Notes under the pieces: generated by a model
Database searches by the model: none
The model's input: the letters and a program-made list of their open reading frames with translations, nothing else
Told to the model about the DNA's origin: nothing
Part shown: positions 18,082 through 26,706 of the stretch, one piece after another
Position numbering within the stretch: the first letter of the stretch is position 1
Layout of the letters: every line of letters starts with the position of its first letter
Virus record (IMG/VR): IMGVR_UViG_3300037851_000756
Coordinates: 1 to 26,713 of that record
From: a virus
Lineage: Duplodnaviria; Caudoviricetes
Length of the DNA: 26,713 nt
Reading direction: 5' to 3' (one strand)
Position numbers and translations under genes: made by a program

Positions 18082-19124
18082 TCCAGCGCGTGCAGATGAA
18101 GACGCACCGGCAGAGCCTCATCACCGACTTCACCGTCACGCTCGATGCGCCCGTCACCGCGGGCAACCGCGTCATCTTCCTCGTCGGCAACTACGCTTCC
18201 GACCTCGATGGCGAGACGTTCGCCGAGGATCTCACGCAGGCCGGCGGCACCGCGACCATCGGCACCGTGACGAAGGACGGCGTGCAGTCCGACGGCGACG
18301 TGGTCTACTCGACCGCGTTCTCGGTGCCGATCACCGGGAGCGGGACGCTCTCGCTCAACCTCGAGTTCAACACCGGCAACCAGACCGTGCTCGCGGTCAT
18401 GGCCGAATACAGCGGGATCGACAACGCCAGCCCGGTGGTCGGTTACGGCGGCTACACGACCTATGGCGCTGCGCCCTTCACGACCTCGATAACGAGCCCG
18501 GCGAACGGCGGGATGTTCCTCGGCGTGCTCGGCCTGATCGAGGGCGGCGACATCTCGATTTACGAAGACGCGCCCTACGGCCTCCTCTTCGAAGAAGAGC
18601 ACGGCGCGACCAATCACGTCGGGTCGTTCATCGAGCGCATCGCGACGGAGGAGACGACCGACACCGCGTCGTGGACGCTGGGGCACGAGGTCAACTGGAC
18701 GGCGCTGCTCGTCGTCTACCGTGCGGCGACCGGCGGCGAGGCCGCGCCGTACACGCCGCCGGCCGTGTCGACCACGGTCATTCTGGAGGAGCGAGTGGCG
18801 GCGACGGAGAGCCTTGCGCTCGCGACGGCCGACGACCTCACCGAGCAGGTGTCGTGGCTGCTGACGCAGGTGGCGCTGCTGACGGCGAGGGTCGACGCTC
18901 TCGGTGAGCGGACGAACACGCTCGCCGGTCTCTTCTTCGGCCACGCGCTGCTCGGGGCCGCGGCGGGCATCACCGCGACCGCGACGCTGACGATCACGTC
19001 CGCGACTGCTACCCTTGGCGCGTCCTCGGGCGGGCTGTTCATCGGACCGGCCACCGTCGAGGGCGCGGCGGCGCTCGACGCGACGAGCGACCTCGCGGCT
19101 GACGCGCAAACGGAGGCTCCCTGA
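18078..19124 (+). CDS. Virion structural protein: beta-rich domain, coiled coil, 20-aa repeat tail
   Basis: GTGA overlap; VTAGNRVI...AEYSG beta domain; heptads LTEQV...LTARVDALGER; terminal ATL repeats. Confidence 0.65.
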   Translation: MIQRVQMKTHRQSLITDFTVTLDAPVTAGNRVIFLVGNYASDLDGETFAEDLTQAGGTATIGTVTKDGVQSDGDVVYSTAFSVPITGSGTLSLNLEFNTGNQTVLAVMAEYSGIDNASPVVGYGGYTTYGAAPFTTSITSPANGGMFLGVLGLIEGGDISIYEDAPYGLLFEEEHGATNHVGSFIERIATEETTDTASWTLGHEVNWTALLVVYRAATGGEAAPYTPPAVSTTVILEERVAATESLALATADDLTEQVSWLLTQVALLTARVDALGERTNTLAGLFFGHALLGAAAGITATATLTITSATATLGASSGGLFIGPATVEGAAALDATSDLAADAQTEAP

Positions 19125-20173
19125 TGCCGTACTACTTCGCAGCCGGCGAGCACATGAACCTGCTGGGCCGGGCGAACGCGGTCGCGACCTCGCCGTCGGC
19201 GGCATCGTCCTTCCCGGTGGCGAACCTGTACGACTCGCGCCCGTCGCGCCCGACGCTGCTCGGCAGCAACGCGGCGAACCCGTCGGTCACGTTCGACCTG
19301 ACGGCCTTCGCGCCCTCGGGGCCGGGGACGAAGACGATCACCGTCCGCGCGGGCGAGCGGCGGCGGCTCACGTCGACGGGCACGACCTCGATCACCGTCC
19401 GCAACCTCGCCACGCTGAAGTACCTGACGAGCGGCGGCGCGTGGCAGACGGGCTCGACCACGTGCATGACGACGGCGACCTCGCTCGACTACCAGATCGA
19501 GAGCCTGACGGCGTGCCAGCAGCCGACGATGAGCCTCCAGATCGTCATCACGAACGGGACGAGCGTCGTCGATCACCCGCGCTGGAATGCCATCGTCGTC
19601 GCTGGCCACAACCTCGACGCCGGCCTGACGTGCGAGCTTCGGAGCAGCACCGACAACTTCTCCGGGTCGAACGTGCTGGAGGTGACGGGCACGATCCTGC
19701 GCCCGAGCTTCTACATGATCGACACGGGAGGCATCGCGAACCGCTATGGCCGGCTCCTGCTGACCGGGACGAACAGCGCGACGCCGTGGTTCGGCGAGGT
19801 CGTGCCGTGCTGGCTGGAGACGGCCGCGGGGATGCACATGGCGTCGGGTTACTCGCTCGCGTACAAGGAGCAGCAGATCCGCAACGAGAGCCGGTGGGGG
19901 ATCTCGAACGTCTACAACCTGCTGCCGTCGCCGCTGCGCGTCGTCGGGCTCACCTTCCGCGTGACCAGCGCCGCGGCGGCCGAGCTTCGCGACGGCATCG
20001 TGCTGCGCGGGCGCGGGGGCGCGCATCCGATGATCGTGGCCCCGATGTCGACCGAAGGGGTCGTCGTCTACGGAAGGCTGTCGGACTCATGGACGGAGCG
20101 CCGCGTGCTGCCGACCGTCTTCGAGACAGATCTCGTCGTTGCCGAAGACCCGATCGTGGTCCCGCTGTCGTAG
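19124..20173 (+). CDS. Distal tail-like structural protein
   Basis: TGATG coupling; SSFPVANL, VTFDL and AGHNL motifs seen in phage tail-tip proteins. Confidence 0.6.
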   Translation: MPYYFAAGEHMNLLGRANAVATSPSAASSFPVANLYDSRPSRPTLLGSNAANPSVTFDLTAFAPSGPGTKTITVRAGERRRLTSTGTTSITVRNLATLKYLTSGGAWQTGSTTCMTTATSLDYQIESLTACQQPTMSLQIVITNGTSVVDHPRWNAIVVAGHNLDAGLTCELRSSTDNFSGSNVLEVTGTILRPSFYMIDTGGIANRYGRLLLTGTNSATPWFGEVVPCWLETAAGMHMASGYSLAYKEQQIRNESRWGISNVYNLLPSPLRVVGLTFRVTSAAAAELRDGIVLRGRGGAHPMIVAPMSTEGVVVYGRLSDSWTERRVLPTVFETDLVVAEDPIVVPLS

Positions 20174-20181
20174 GAGGAAAA

Positions 20182-20430
20182 ATGGAGAAGGTGTCGATCC
20201 GCTTCGAGAACGGCGTGCTCGACGTGCGCGACGAGACGGGCGCGCGCATCGCGACGCCGCGCGTGACGGTCTACCTCGTCACGGGCAACGACGTGCCGGT
20301 CGCGCTGCTCGACGTGGACGGGTTGAAGCGCGAGGTGCACGTCACCTCGTTCATGGTGCCTGCGGCCGCGCCCGTCATGGCACCGACGGAGACGGTCACG
20401 GAGGGCGCGCCGAAGGGAGCCAAGCGATGA
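20182..20430 (+). CDS. Hypothetical protein
   Basis: AGGAGG SD, ATG 20182, 82 aa, ATGA coupling with next gene. Confidence 0.7.
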   Translation: MEKVSIRFENGVLDVRDETGARIATPRVTVYLVTGNDVPVALLDVDGLKREVHVTSFMVPAAAPVMAPTETVTEGAPKGAKR

Positions 20431-20975
20431 GGATGGAGACGCCGGACGGATACACGGTCGTGCTGAAGGACGGGTTCGAGCGGACGATCCTCGCGACCGA
20501 CAGCGCTGGCAACGTCGCGCTGCCGGCCGGGCTGACGCTGGGGACCGGCGTGCTCGCGCCGACCCACTACGCTGACGTGGAGTTCGACGCGGCGGCGGTG
20601 AAGCTGCTGAACACGCCGGCCACGCTCGTCGCCTCGCCGGGTGCCGGGCTCGCGCTGATCTTCGAGGGCGCGGTGATGTTCTACGACTACGTCTCGGCCG
20701 CCTTCACGATCGGCTCGGCGACGGGCCTCGGCATCCGCTACACCGACGGCTCCGGGCTGCAAGTCGGGCAGTCGCTCGTCACGGGCTTCCTCGACCAGAC
20801 GGCGGACAAGCTCCGCTGGGTGAACCGCTATGCCGCGGCCTCGGGCGACTCGTCGGTCGCTCCGGTCGCCGACGCGCCGCTCGTTCTCCAGATGCTCACG
20901 GCGAACGTCTCGGGGGCGGCGGTCGCCACGCTCTCGGTGCGGACCTACTACCGCATCGTTCCGGCCACGCTGTGA
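20427..20975 (+). CDS. Beta-rich putative virion protein
   Basis: ATGA overlap; P.TLVASPGAG...YDY pattern; codon bias consistent with neighbours. Confidence 0.65.
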   Translation: MRMETPDGYTVVLKDGFERTILATDSAGNVALPAGLTLGTGVLAPTHYADVEFDAAAVKLLNTPATLVASPGAGLALIFEGAVMFYDYVSAAFTIGSATGLGIRYTDGSGLQVGQSLVTGFLDQTADKLRWVNRYAAASGDSSVAPVADAPLVLQMLTANVSGAAVATLSVRTYYRIVPATL

Positions 20976-20983
20976 AGGAGGAC

Positions 20984-21856
20984 ATGATGAAGCGACTCGC
21001 GTTCACCGCGCTCGCGTTCGCGCTCGCCGCGGGCGCTTCGGCGCAGAGCACCTACCGCACCGTGACGGCGCTCGATGGCGTCTTCTGCCCGTCGCCCGAT
21101 GCGACGGCGTGGTGGGCCGTCAACTCGGGCGGGCAGGCGAAGGCGCGCTTCGGGCTCACTCTGACGACGCGCGGCACGACCGGCCTCGCCGACAACCCGA
21201 CGATCACCGTGCGCCCGATCATCCGCACCGGCGGCACCGCCGGGGTCTGCGGCATCGGCACCGCGGTCGCGGCGCAGCGCCCGCGCCTCGCCGACTCCGC
21301 TGCGAACTTCAAGGTGAAGAAGACGGTCGACAACGGGGCCAATTACACGAACTACTCGACGGAGGCGAACGACAACAACGCCGGCACCCACGTCGTGCTC
21401 AGCGCGCTCGACACGCTGGCGAACGGCGACTGGATCCTGTTCTCCGCGCCGACCCCGTTCATCGGACTCGCCTTCGACATGGACGCCTCGGTCAACGCGA
21501 ACGCGGCGAACACGACCTGCCAGTACTGGAACGGCGCGTGGGCCACCGTGGCGAGCTTCGTCGACGGCACCGACCCGGGCGCGAACTTCGCGGCCGACGC
21601 GCAAATGACGTGGGCGCTGCCGTCCGACTGGATCACCTCGACGATCGACACGGTCGACGGCTACCACCTGCGCTGCACGACCTCGGCCGCGCTCTCGGCG
21701 ACGGTCAACGTCGACGAGATCGAGGCGATCCTGCCGACGCGGGTCATCGTGGACGTGGTGGTCGACGGCGACGACGCGGGGCTGCTGCTGGAGTCGAACA
21801 GCGGCGGGACGGGTACGCTCGCCTTCGACGCGACGATCAAGGTGAACTGGAAGTAG
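20984..21856 (+). CDS. Protein with Sec signal peptide and beta-sandwich domains
   Basis: AAGGAGG SD; MMKRLAFTALAFALAAGASA|QS has n, h and AxA regions; mature part is Thr/Asn/Asp-rich. Confidence 0.8.
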   Translation: MMKRLAFTALAFALAAGASAQSTYRTVTALDGVFCPSPDATAWWAVNSGGQAKARFGLTLTTRGTTGLADNPTITVRPIIRTGGTAGVCGIGTAVAAQRPRLADSAANFKVKKTVDNGANYTNYSTEANDNNAGTHVVLSALDTLANGDWILFSAPTPFIGLAFDMDASVNANAANTTCQYWNGAWATVASFVDGTDPGANFAADAQMTWALPSDWITSTIDTVDGYHLRCTTSAALSATVNVDEIEAILPTRVIVDVVVDGDDAGLLLESNSGGTGTLAFDATIKVNWK

Positions 21857-21981
21857 GAGGGAGTGGGAGGGGGGCGATCACCCGGCTGCCAACCGTGCTC
21901 GCCCCTGTTGGCCCGCCTCCTCCCGGCCATGAGTCTCTCAGGGCCGGAGGTGCCCGGTCAAGAGGCTGCCCGGCGGGCCGC

Positions 21982-22713
21982 TCATCGCTCGCGGAGGCGC
22001 ACGCCGGGCACGTCGATGCCCGACGCGAGGGCGCGGTCGATGCGCTTCGCGACGACGGCGAGGTATTCGCGCGGCACGGCTGCGAGGTCGACGATCTCCC
22101 ACATGCGCGGCGTGGTCCGGCGGTGCGGCCGAAGGATCATCTTCCGCTTCGCCCACTCGACTAGCCGGCACGCCTGAGAGCAGAGCCGCGCGGCCGGACT
22201 CGCCGCCATGAACGCTACTCCGCAGGATTCGCACTTCTTCTCGATGGTCCGGTCTTGGCGAATCGGTGGGCGCGTGCGCGTCTTCCGCGGAGCAGCGACC
22301 AGCCGAGGATGCTCGTCGTCCCACGCCTTCCATGCGCACTCTTTCGAGCAGTGGCGCGCGGCTGGCTGCGACGACACAAACTCGCCCCCGCACCAGCCGC
22401 AGGCGCGCGCGGGCCGGTTGATGGGCTCGACGGCCACGAGGGTTTTGGACCCGTCCTTCAGCAGGGCGTCGAGGCAGTAGGCTCGGATCTCCGCAATCGA
22501 CCCAAACACCATCGATCCCTTGATCCGGTTGCAGAGGTGGCAGGAATGGATCGTCTTCCGCCCCCCGGCCGCCTTCGGGACGGGATGCTCCCGCTCGCGG
22601 CGAAGCCAAACGGGGCGGCCCCGCCATGTCACCCGGGAGCCAAAGGTGCGGAGGCAGTACGAGCAGGCGTTGGCGCTGTGGGCCTTTTCGGGAGGGGGGG
22701 TCGGCTCATTCAT
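21982..22713 (-). CDS. HNH endonuclease with two Cys4 zinc-finger repeats and Gp157-like C-terminal motif
   Basis: CSYC...EHPVPKAAGG...CHLCNRIKG; CGWCG..F...CSKEC; CESCG..F...CSQAC; WEIVD..VPREYL...VPGV. Confidence 0.75.
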   Translation of the reverse strand: MNEPTPPPEKAHSANACSYCLRTFGSRVTWRGRPVWLRREREHPVPKAAGGRKTIHSCHLCNRIKGSMVFGSIAEIRAYCLDALLKDGSKTLVAVEPINRPARACGWCGGEFVSSQPAARHCSKECAWKAWDDEHPRLVAAPRKTRTRPPIRQDRTIEKKCESCGVAFMAASPAARLCSQACRLVEWAKRKMILRPHRRTTPRMWEIVDLAAVPREYLAVVAKRIDRALASGIDVPGVRLRER

Positions 22714-22961
22714 CGGCGCTCCAATGTAGCGCTTGCCCTAGGCCCCTGCAAGGGCATTTGCGGGCCATCCTGAGCCGCCCCCCCCGGGGGTCGCCCCGGG
22801 CGGCCTTGCCCGCAGGAGGCCTTCCCCCGGCGGGGCTGGGATGATCCGTCGCCAGCCCCCCGGGGAAGCGCCCACAGGGGCGCGTAGCCCCCCACGCGGG
22901 GCTTCTGGCGGGGGGGCCGGGGCAGCGGCCGCGGTCGTACCGGGGGGGGGCGACCCCCCCC

Positions 22962-24287
22962 CTAGGGGGCTGGGGGGGGCGGCGAGGGGGGCATGGCCCC
23001 CCGGCTGGCCCGGATCTCCTCGAAGGTCCGACCGTCACCGGCCAGCGTCGCCTGCTGGCCGGTGAACTTCTGCCAGCGCAGCACCGAGACGTCCACGTAG
23101 TTCGGGGTCAACTCAACGGCGAAACACGCGCGGCTCGTCATCTCGGCAGCGATGATCGTCGTGCCGGCACCGACGAACGGGTCATAGACCGCGGAGCCCG
23201 GTGCCGACTGATGCTCGATCGGCCGCTTCATGCACTCGACCGGCTTCTGCGTCCCGTGGAAGCTGCGGTCGTCTTCTGGCCCCTTCTTGCCGCTCAGCGG
23301 ATGCAGGTTCGGGATCTCCCACACGGTCGTCTGCTTTCGGTCGCCGTGCCAGTCGGCGGTGCGCCCGTGCCTCACCGCATACCAGCAGCACTCATGACGC
23401 CAGTGGTACGCGCCGCGCGAGATTGGGGCAAGCTGCTTCGCCCACACGATCTGCGCGCGGATGTTGAATCCGCTCGCGACGATGCTTTCATGCACGCTTG
23501 CCGCTTGAAGGCCGCCGTGCCAGACGTACATCACATCGCCCGGGAAGAGCGCCCACGCCTCGCGCCAGTCGGAGCGATCGTCGTTCACGACAGCATCCCT
23601 CGCGCGCGCGCGCCCGAGATTTCCGATGCCGGAATGCTCGCGCCACAGCGGGTCGTAGTCCACGCCGTAGGGCGGGTCGGTCACCATCAGCACGGGCTTT
23701 GCTCCGGCAAGGACGCGAGACACCGTCTCCGCGTCTGTCGCGTCCCCGCAAATGAGGCGGTGCTTCCCGAGCAGCCAGACGTCTCCGTGGACGCTCGTAA
23801 CGACCGGCGGCTCCTCGACGACCTCGTCGGCGTCCGCGTCGATCTTCTTCGCGAAGCCCAGCCCGAAGTCGTCGTCGCCGAAGCCCCACTCGCGCAGCGC
23901 GTCCACGTCGAAGTCGTTCGCGAGCAGGTCATAGTCCCACTCGCCCGTGTTCTTGTTCAGCCTGATGGCAAGCTCGATGCCCTCGTCTTCGCTGAGCGGC
24001 CGGGATGGAATTCGCACGTCGACCATCGCGTCCGGCGACAGCAGTTCGCGGGCAATGGCGACCTTGCGCCTCATGTGGCCACCGATGATCGAGCGCCCGT
24101 CGGCGTTGACGACGATCTCCTCGACGTAGCCGAACTTCAGCAGCGACGTGGCGAGGTCGGCCTCCTGCTTCTCGGTCAGCCGGCGAGGATTCTTGTCCCA
24201 CTCGACGAGGTCGCCGATGCGGCGCTTCTCGGTGCGCCAGACGATTGAACCTTCGGCGGCCGCCTCGCCCTTTCTCCAGAACGCCAT
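22962..24287 (-). CDS. ParB-like N-terminal domain fused to N6A/N4C DNA methyltransferase (beta class)
   Basis: KNPR...IIGGHMR (ParB-like); HRLICGD, TDPPY, HGTQKP and DPFVGAGTT in beta-class order. Confidence 0.92.
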   Translation of the reverse strand: MAFWRKGEAAAEGSIVWRTEKRRIGDLVEWDKNPRRLTEKQEADLATSLLKFGYVEEIVVNADGRSIIGGHMRRKVAIARELLSPDAMVDVRIPSRPLSEDEGIELAIRLNKNTGEWDYDLLANDFDVDALREWGFGDDDFGLGFAKKIDADADEVVEEPPVVTSVHGDVWLLGKHRLICGDATDAETVSRVLAGAKPVLMVTDPPYGVDYDPLWREHSGIGNLGRARARDAVVNDDRSDWREAWALFPGDVMYVWHGGLQAASVHESIVASGFNIRAQIVWAKQLAPISRGAYHWRHECCWYAVRHGRTADWHGDRKQTTVWEIPNLHPLSGKKGPEDDRSFHGTQKPVECMKRPIEHQSAPGSAVYDPFVGAGTTIIAAEMTSRACFAVELTPNYVDVSVLRWQKFTGQQATLAGDGRTFEEIRASRGAMPPSPPPPAP

Positions 24288-24290
24288 TGG

Positions 24291-24806
24291 CTATCTCCCC
24301 TCGCGCGCATCATGGCGCGCGATCAGCTTTTCAAGCTGCGCTTCGAGCCCGCACGGCCCTCGGAGCTTCACTTCGTTGAGCAGCAGCAGGCGCAGCGGGA
24401 TGATCGCCTGCGAGTAGTCCACGCGCACCGGCACCAGCGCGTTGTGCTTGCGCTTCGACCACTCGACGACGCCGAAGGTCGTCTCCATGAGCGCGTCCCA
24501 TCCGAGCGGGTCCTCGGTGTAGCGCTTGTGGCAGTAGAGGCAGAGGCACCACGCGTTCGTGTCGTCGATGCGGCTGGACTCGTACCTGCGCGAGATCAGG
24601 TGGGCGCACTGCGTGAGGAAGTTCGACCGGCACAGGCGGCAGCGGTTGCCGTCGCGCACACGGACGTAGAGGGCGAAGGTGTCGTCGCAGAGCTTCCTCT
24701 CGCTGTTCCACGCCTTGAGCGCGGCGGCCCGGCCCCAATCACGGCTGCGCGCGATCGGCCGGCGCGGCTTGGGGCCTCGCCGCGCCGGCTTGGGGATCGC
24801 TGTCAA
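24291..24806 (-). CDS. NinG/Rap-like Zn-binding nuclease
   Basis: D..F..YVR.RD..C..C....CAH.ISR.....R.D..N...LC..CH; TTG start overlaps previous stop. Confidence 0.75.
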   Translation of the reverse strand: MTAIPKPARRGPKPRRPIARSRDWGRAAALKAWNSERKLCDDTFALYVRVRDGNRCRLCRSNFLTQCAHLISRRYESSRIDDTNAWCLCLYCHKRYTEDPLGWDALMETTFGVVEWSKRKHNALVPVRVDYSQAIIPLRLLLLNEVKLRGPCGLEAQLEKLIARHDAREGR

Positions 24807-25081
24807 CGGAGCCGCCGGACGCGACGCTCGCGGTCCAGCGGGAACGGCTCGCGCTCATCGTGCGCGGGCGTGATCGTGGGCTCGGCCGGCGCGACGATCT
24901 TGAGCCACGGCGGCGTTCCCGAATCGAGCGGGGCCTGCGGCGGCGGCGGATAGATCCACCAGTAGCCCCCCGAGTCGACCCAGCCGGCTCTATCGCTGGC
25001 CGTGCTGCCCCCCGAGGAGTCGCTCCAGCCGTTCGTGTCGCCGTAGGAGATCGGAATGATCGAGGTCGATGAGTAGTTCAA
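24803..25081 (-). CDS. Hypothetical protein
   Basis: 4-nt overlaps with both neighbours. Confidence 0.55.
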   Translation of the reverse strand: MNYSSTSIIPISYGDTNGWSDSSGGSTASDRAGWVDSGGYWWIYPPPPQAPLDSGTPPWLKIVAPAEPTITPAHDEREPFPLDRERRVRRLR

Positions 25082-25290
25082 TGCCGTTTCCCATTCTGCG
25101 TCTCCGCGGCCAGCATGTTCGCCTCCCAGCCGAGACGCTGAAGCTCTTGCGCGCGTTCGACGACACGGCGCACCTGCTCGATCGAGGCCGCCGTCTTCGG
25201 CTCACCGACCACGCGGAGGTATTCGATGAGCACCAGCGCCTCGGCGCGCATGAGCCCATAGTCTCCGTAGGTCGTCGTGGCCTTCATCAT
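25078..25290 (-). CDS. Hypothetical protein
   Basis: ATGA coupling; 70 aa helical sequence. Confidence 0.6.
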   Translation of the reverse strand: MMKATTTYGDYGLMRAEALVLIEYLRVVGEPKTAASIEQVRRVVERAQELQRLGWEANMLAAETQNGKRH

Positions 25291-25469
25291 TGGTCCAGCG
25301 TCTTCGCCGACATCTTACCGGGAGTGTCAACGGCGCGTGGGCTGACGATGATGCCGTGCCGGCACCACCAGCACGGCGTCGGCTTGTCGGGCGCGTCGGC
25401 CACCTTCGTGATCTGGCCGCGCCCGCACTTCGGGCAGAAGACGGCGACGATGGGCATCGGGCCGGTCAT
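25287..25469 (-). CDS. Zinc-ribbon protein
   Basis: CPKCG...CWWC; ATG at 25469 overlaps upstream stop. Confidence 0.6.
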   Translation of the reverse strand: MTGPMPIVAVFCPKCGRGQITKVADAPDKPTPCWWCRHGIIVSPRAVDTPGKMSAKTLDQ

Positions 25470-25546
25470 TCGCAGCTCCGGGTACGACGGCCGACCTCGG
25501 CACCGCAGGAGCGGCACGCGCGCTTCGGCCAGTTGTCTTCGCTCAC
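25466..25546 (-). CDS. 26-aa Cys-containing micro-ORF or gene remnant
   Basis: GGAGG SD, GTG start overlapping upstream stop, ATGA overlap downstream; MSEDNWPKRACRSCGAEVGRRTRSCE. Confidence 0.45.
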   Translation of the reverse strand: MSEDNWPKRACRSCGAEVGRRTRSCE

Positions 25547-25983
25547 GGGATGACCTCCATTTTCTCCACCGGGACGAGGTAGACCATGTCGCTGTCGCGC
25601 GCGTCGTCCCGGCCCACGCGCTCGCGCCTTACCGGATGCCCCGAGAGCAGGCGCACGCCATCCACGTCCATCGCGCGCATCATCCCGTCGGCCCACTCGA
25701 CGACGAAGAAGCCGGGGCACTCGTAGATGCCCGACCAGTGCGTCAGCGCGCGGACCTTCCGCTCCTCGGCCCACACCGTCGGGTATGCGGTTGAGCCGTT
25801 GTCGCGGCACTTCACTTCGATGACCTCCTCCGGGCGGCGCGTCTTCGGATCGCGCAGCACGAAGTCGATCGGCGCGAACGAACCGCCGGGCGCGGGCTCG
25901 ATCATCAGGCCGCGCGCCCGTGCGTAGCGCTCAGCGGCGCGGCGCTGGCGCTCGTCCGTCTTCTTCGTCGAGCGCTTAGGCAT
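25543..25983 (-). CDS. PD-(D/E)XK-fold nuclease
   Basis: FAPIDF...IEVKCR catalytic motif followed by YPT. Confidence 0.75.
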   Translation of the reverse strand: MPKRSTKKTDERQRRAAERYARARGLMIEPAPGGSFAPIDFVLRDPKTRRPEEVIEVKCRDNGSTAYPTVWAEERKVRALTHWSGIYECPGFFVVEWADGMMRAMDVDGVRLLSGHPVRRERVGRDDARDSDMVYLVPVEKMEVIP

Positions 25984-26446
25984 CCGCGAGGAACTCCGGG
26001 TGCGCGGCGAGCCACTCAGCCACGACGATCTCGCGCGTGGTCGCCTGCTCGCAGTTGAACGGGACGTACTCTTCGCGGATCGCCCGGCAGAGGACCTCAG
26101 CCGCAGCGATCACTCGGTCGGTCGGCTGGGTTGGCTCGTCACCGCAGTTGTGTTCCTCGTCCAGGGCTTCGTAGATCCGCTCGAGGATCACGTCCGGGTT
26201 GAGGATGTAGTCGGCGTCGAGCTTTATGCGCTTGTAGCCGTACAGGGTGACCCGCTCGGGGAAGTTTTTCACCTGCTCCTCGCGGGAAAGCGGCACCCAC
26301 TTGCCGTCGACGAACTTCGGCGGATCGCAGAAGCGGTCGAGCCAGTCCTCGATCGCCTCGTCATCGTCGTCGTGAGTCAGCGTTTCCGGTGAGTCGTCGC
26401 ACGTCCAGAAGTCGATCGGCACGACCGCTTCGTCAGGCGTCGTCAT
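25976..26446 (-). CDS. Acidic hypothetical phage protein
   Basis: GGAGGGG SD; overlaps neighbours; 156 aa. Confidence 0.7.
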   Translation of the reverse strand: MTTPDEAVVPIDFWTCDDSPETLTHDDDDEAIEDWLDRFCDPPKFVDGKWVPLSREEQVKNFPERVTLYGYKRIKLDADYILNPDVILERIYEALDEEHNCGDEPTQPTDRVIAAAEVLCRAIREEYVPFNCEQATTREIVVAEWLAAHPEFLADA

Positions 26447-26706
26447 TGGTCCCCTCCCTTCAGCGTCGGATCAAGTAGCAGCGCCACCTTGCACGGCCAC
26501 GCCCCGTCATCGCAGAGGGGGCAGTAGTCGACGGGCTTTCCGTTCGTGACGTTCACGCTCGGTTCGGTGCCGTGAACCTCCAGTAGCGCCTTTCGCAGCG
26601 CGTCCCGCTCGGCCTCGACCTTCGCAAGCAATGCCGTGCACTTGTCGTGTACATCATCAGGAACTACCGCCACGGTCCCCTCCCTCCAGAGCAGCGCGAG
26701 ATTCAT
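26443..26706 (-). CDS. Hypothetical protein with coiled coil and H...CxxC...WPC motif
   Basis: AERDALR heptad, CPLC...WPC; start near window edge is uncertain. Confidence 0.6.
   Translation of the reverse strand: MNLALLWREGTVAVVPDDVHDKCTALLAKVEAERDALRKALLEVHGTEPSVNVTNGKPVDYCPLCDDGAWPCKVALLLDPTLKGGDQ

Noticed and set aside
129-21667. Many long antisense and alternate-frame ORFs (e.g. 3487-5514 -, 15751-18045 -, 696-1895 part of 696-2216 +)
   Set aside because: Arg/Pro/Ala-rich shadows expected from high GC3 bias; they overlap well-supported genes and have no motifs.
15760-21856. Diversity-generating retroelement acting on tail genes
   Set aside because: No reverse transcriptase and no TR/VR pair differing at adenines seen in the window.
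23022-23032. GAAGGTCCGAC identical to 2510-2520
   Set aside because: Lies antisense inside the methylase CDS with no accompanying structure; likely chance.
24801-25331. Two minus-strand TTGACA hexamers (24806-24801, 25331-25326)
   Set aside because: Within coding sequence and no -10 element at 16-18 nt spacing.
22962-25983. Methylase plus PD-(D/E)XK nuclease as a restriction-modification system
   Set aside because: Genes are not adjacent; both are common stand-alone phage genes; ParB-fused methylases are typically orphans.
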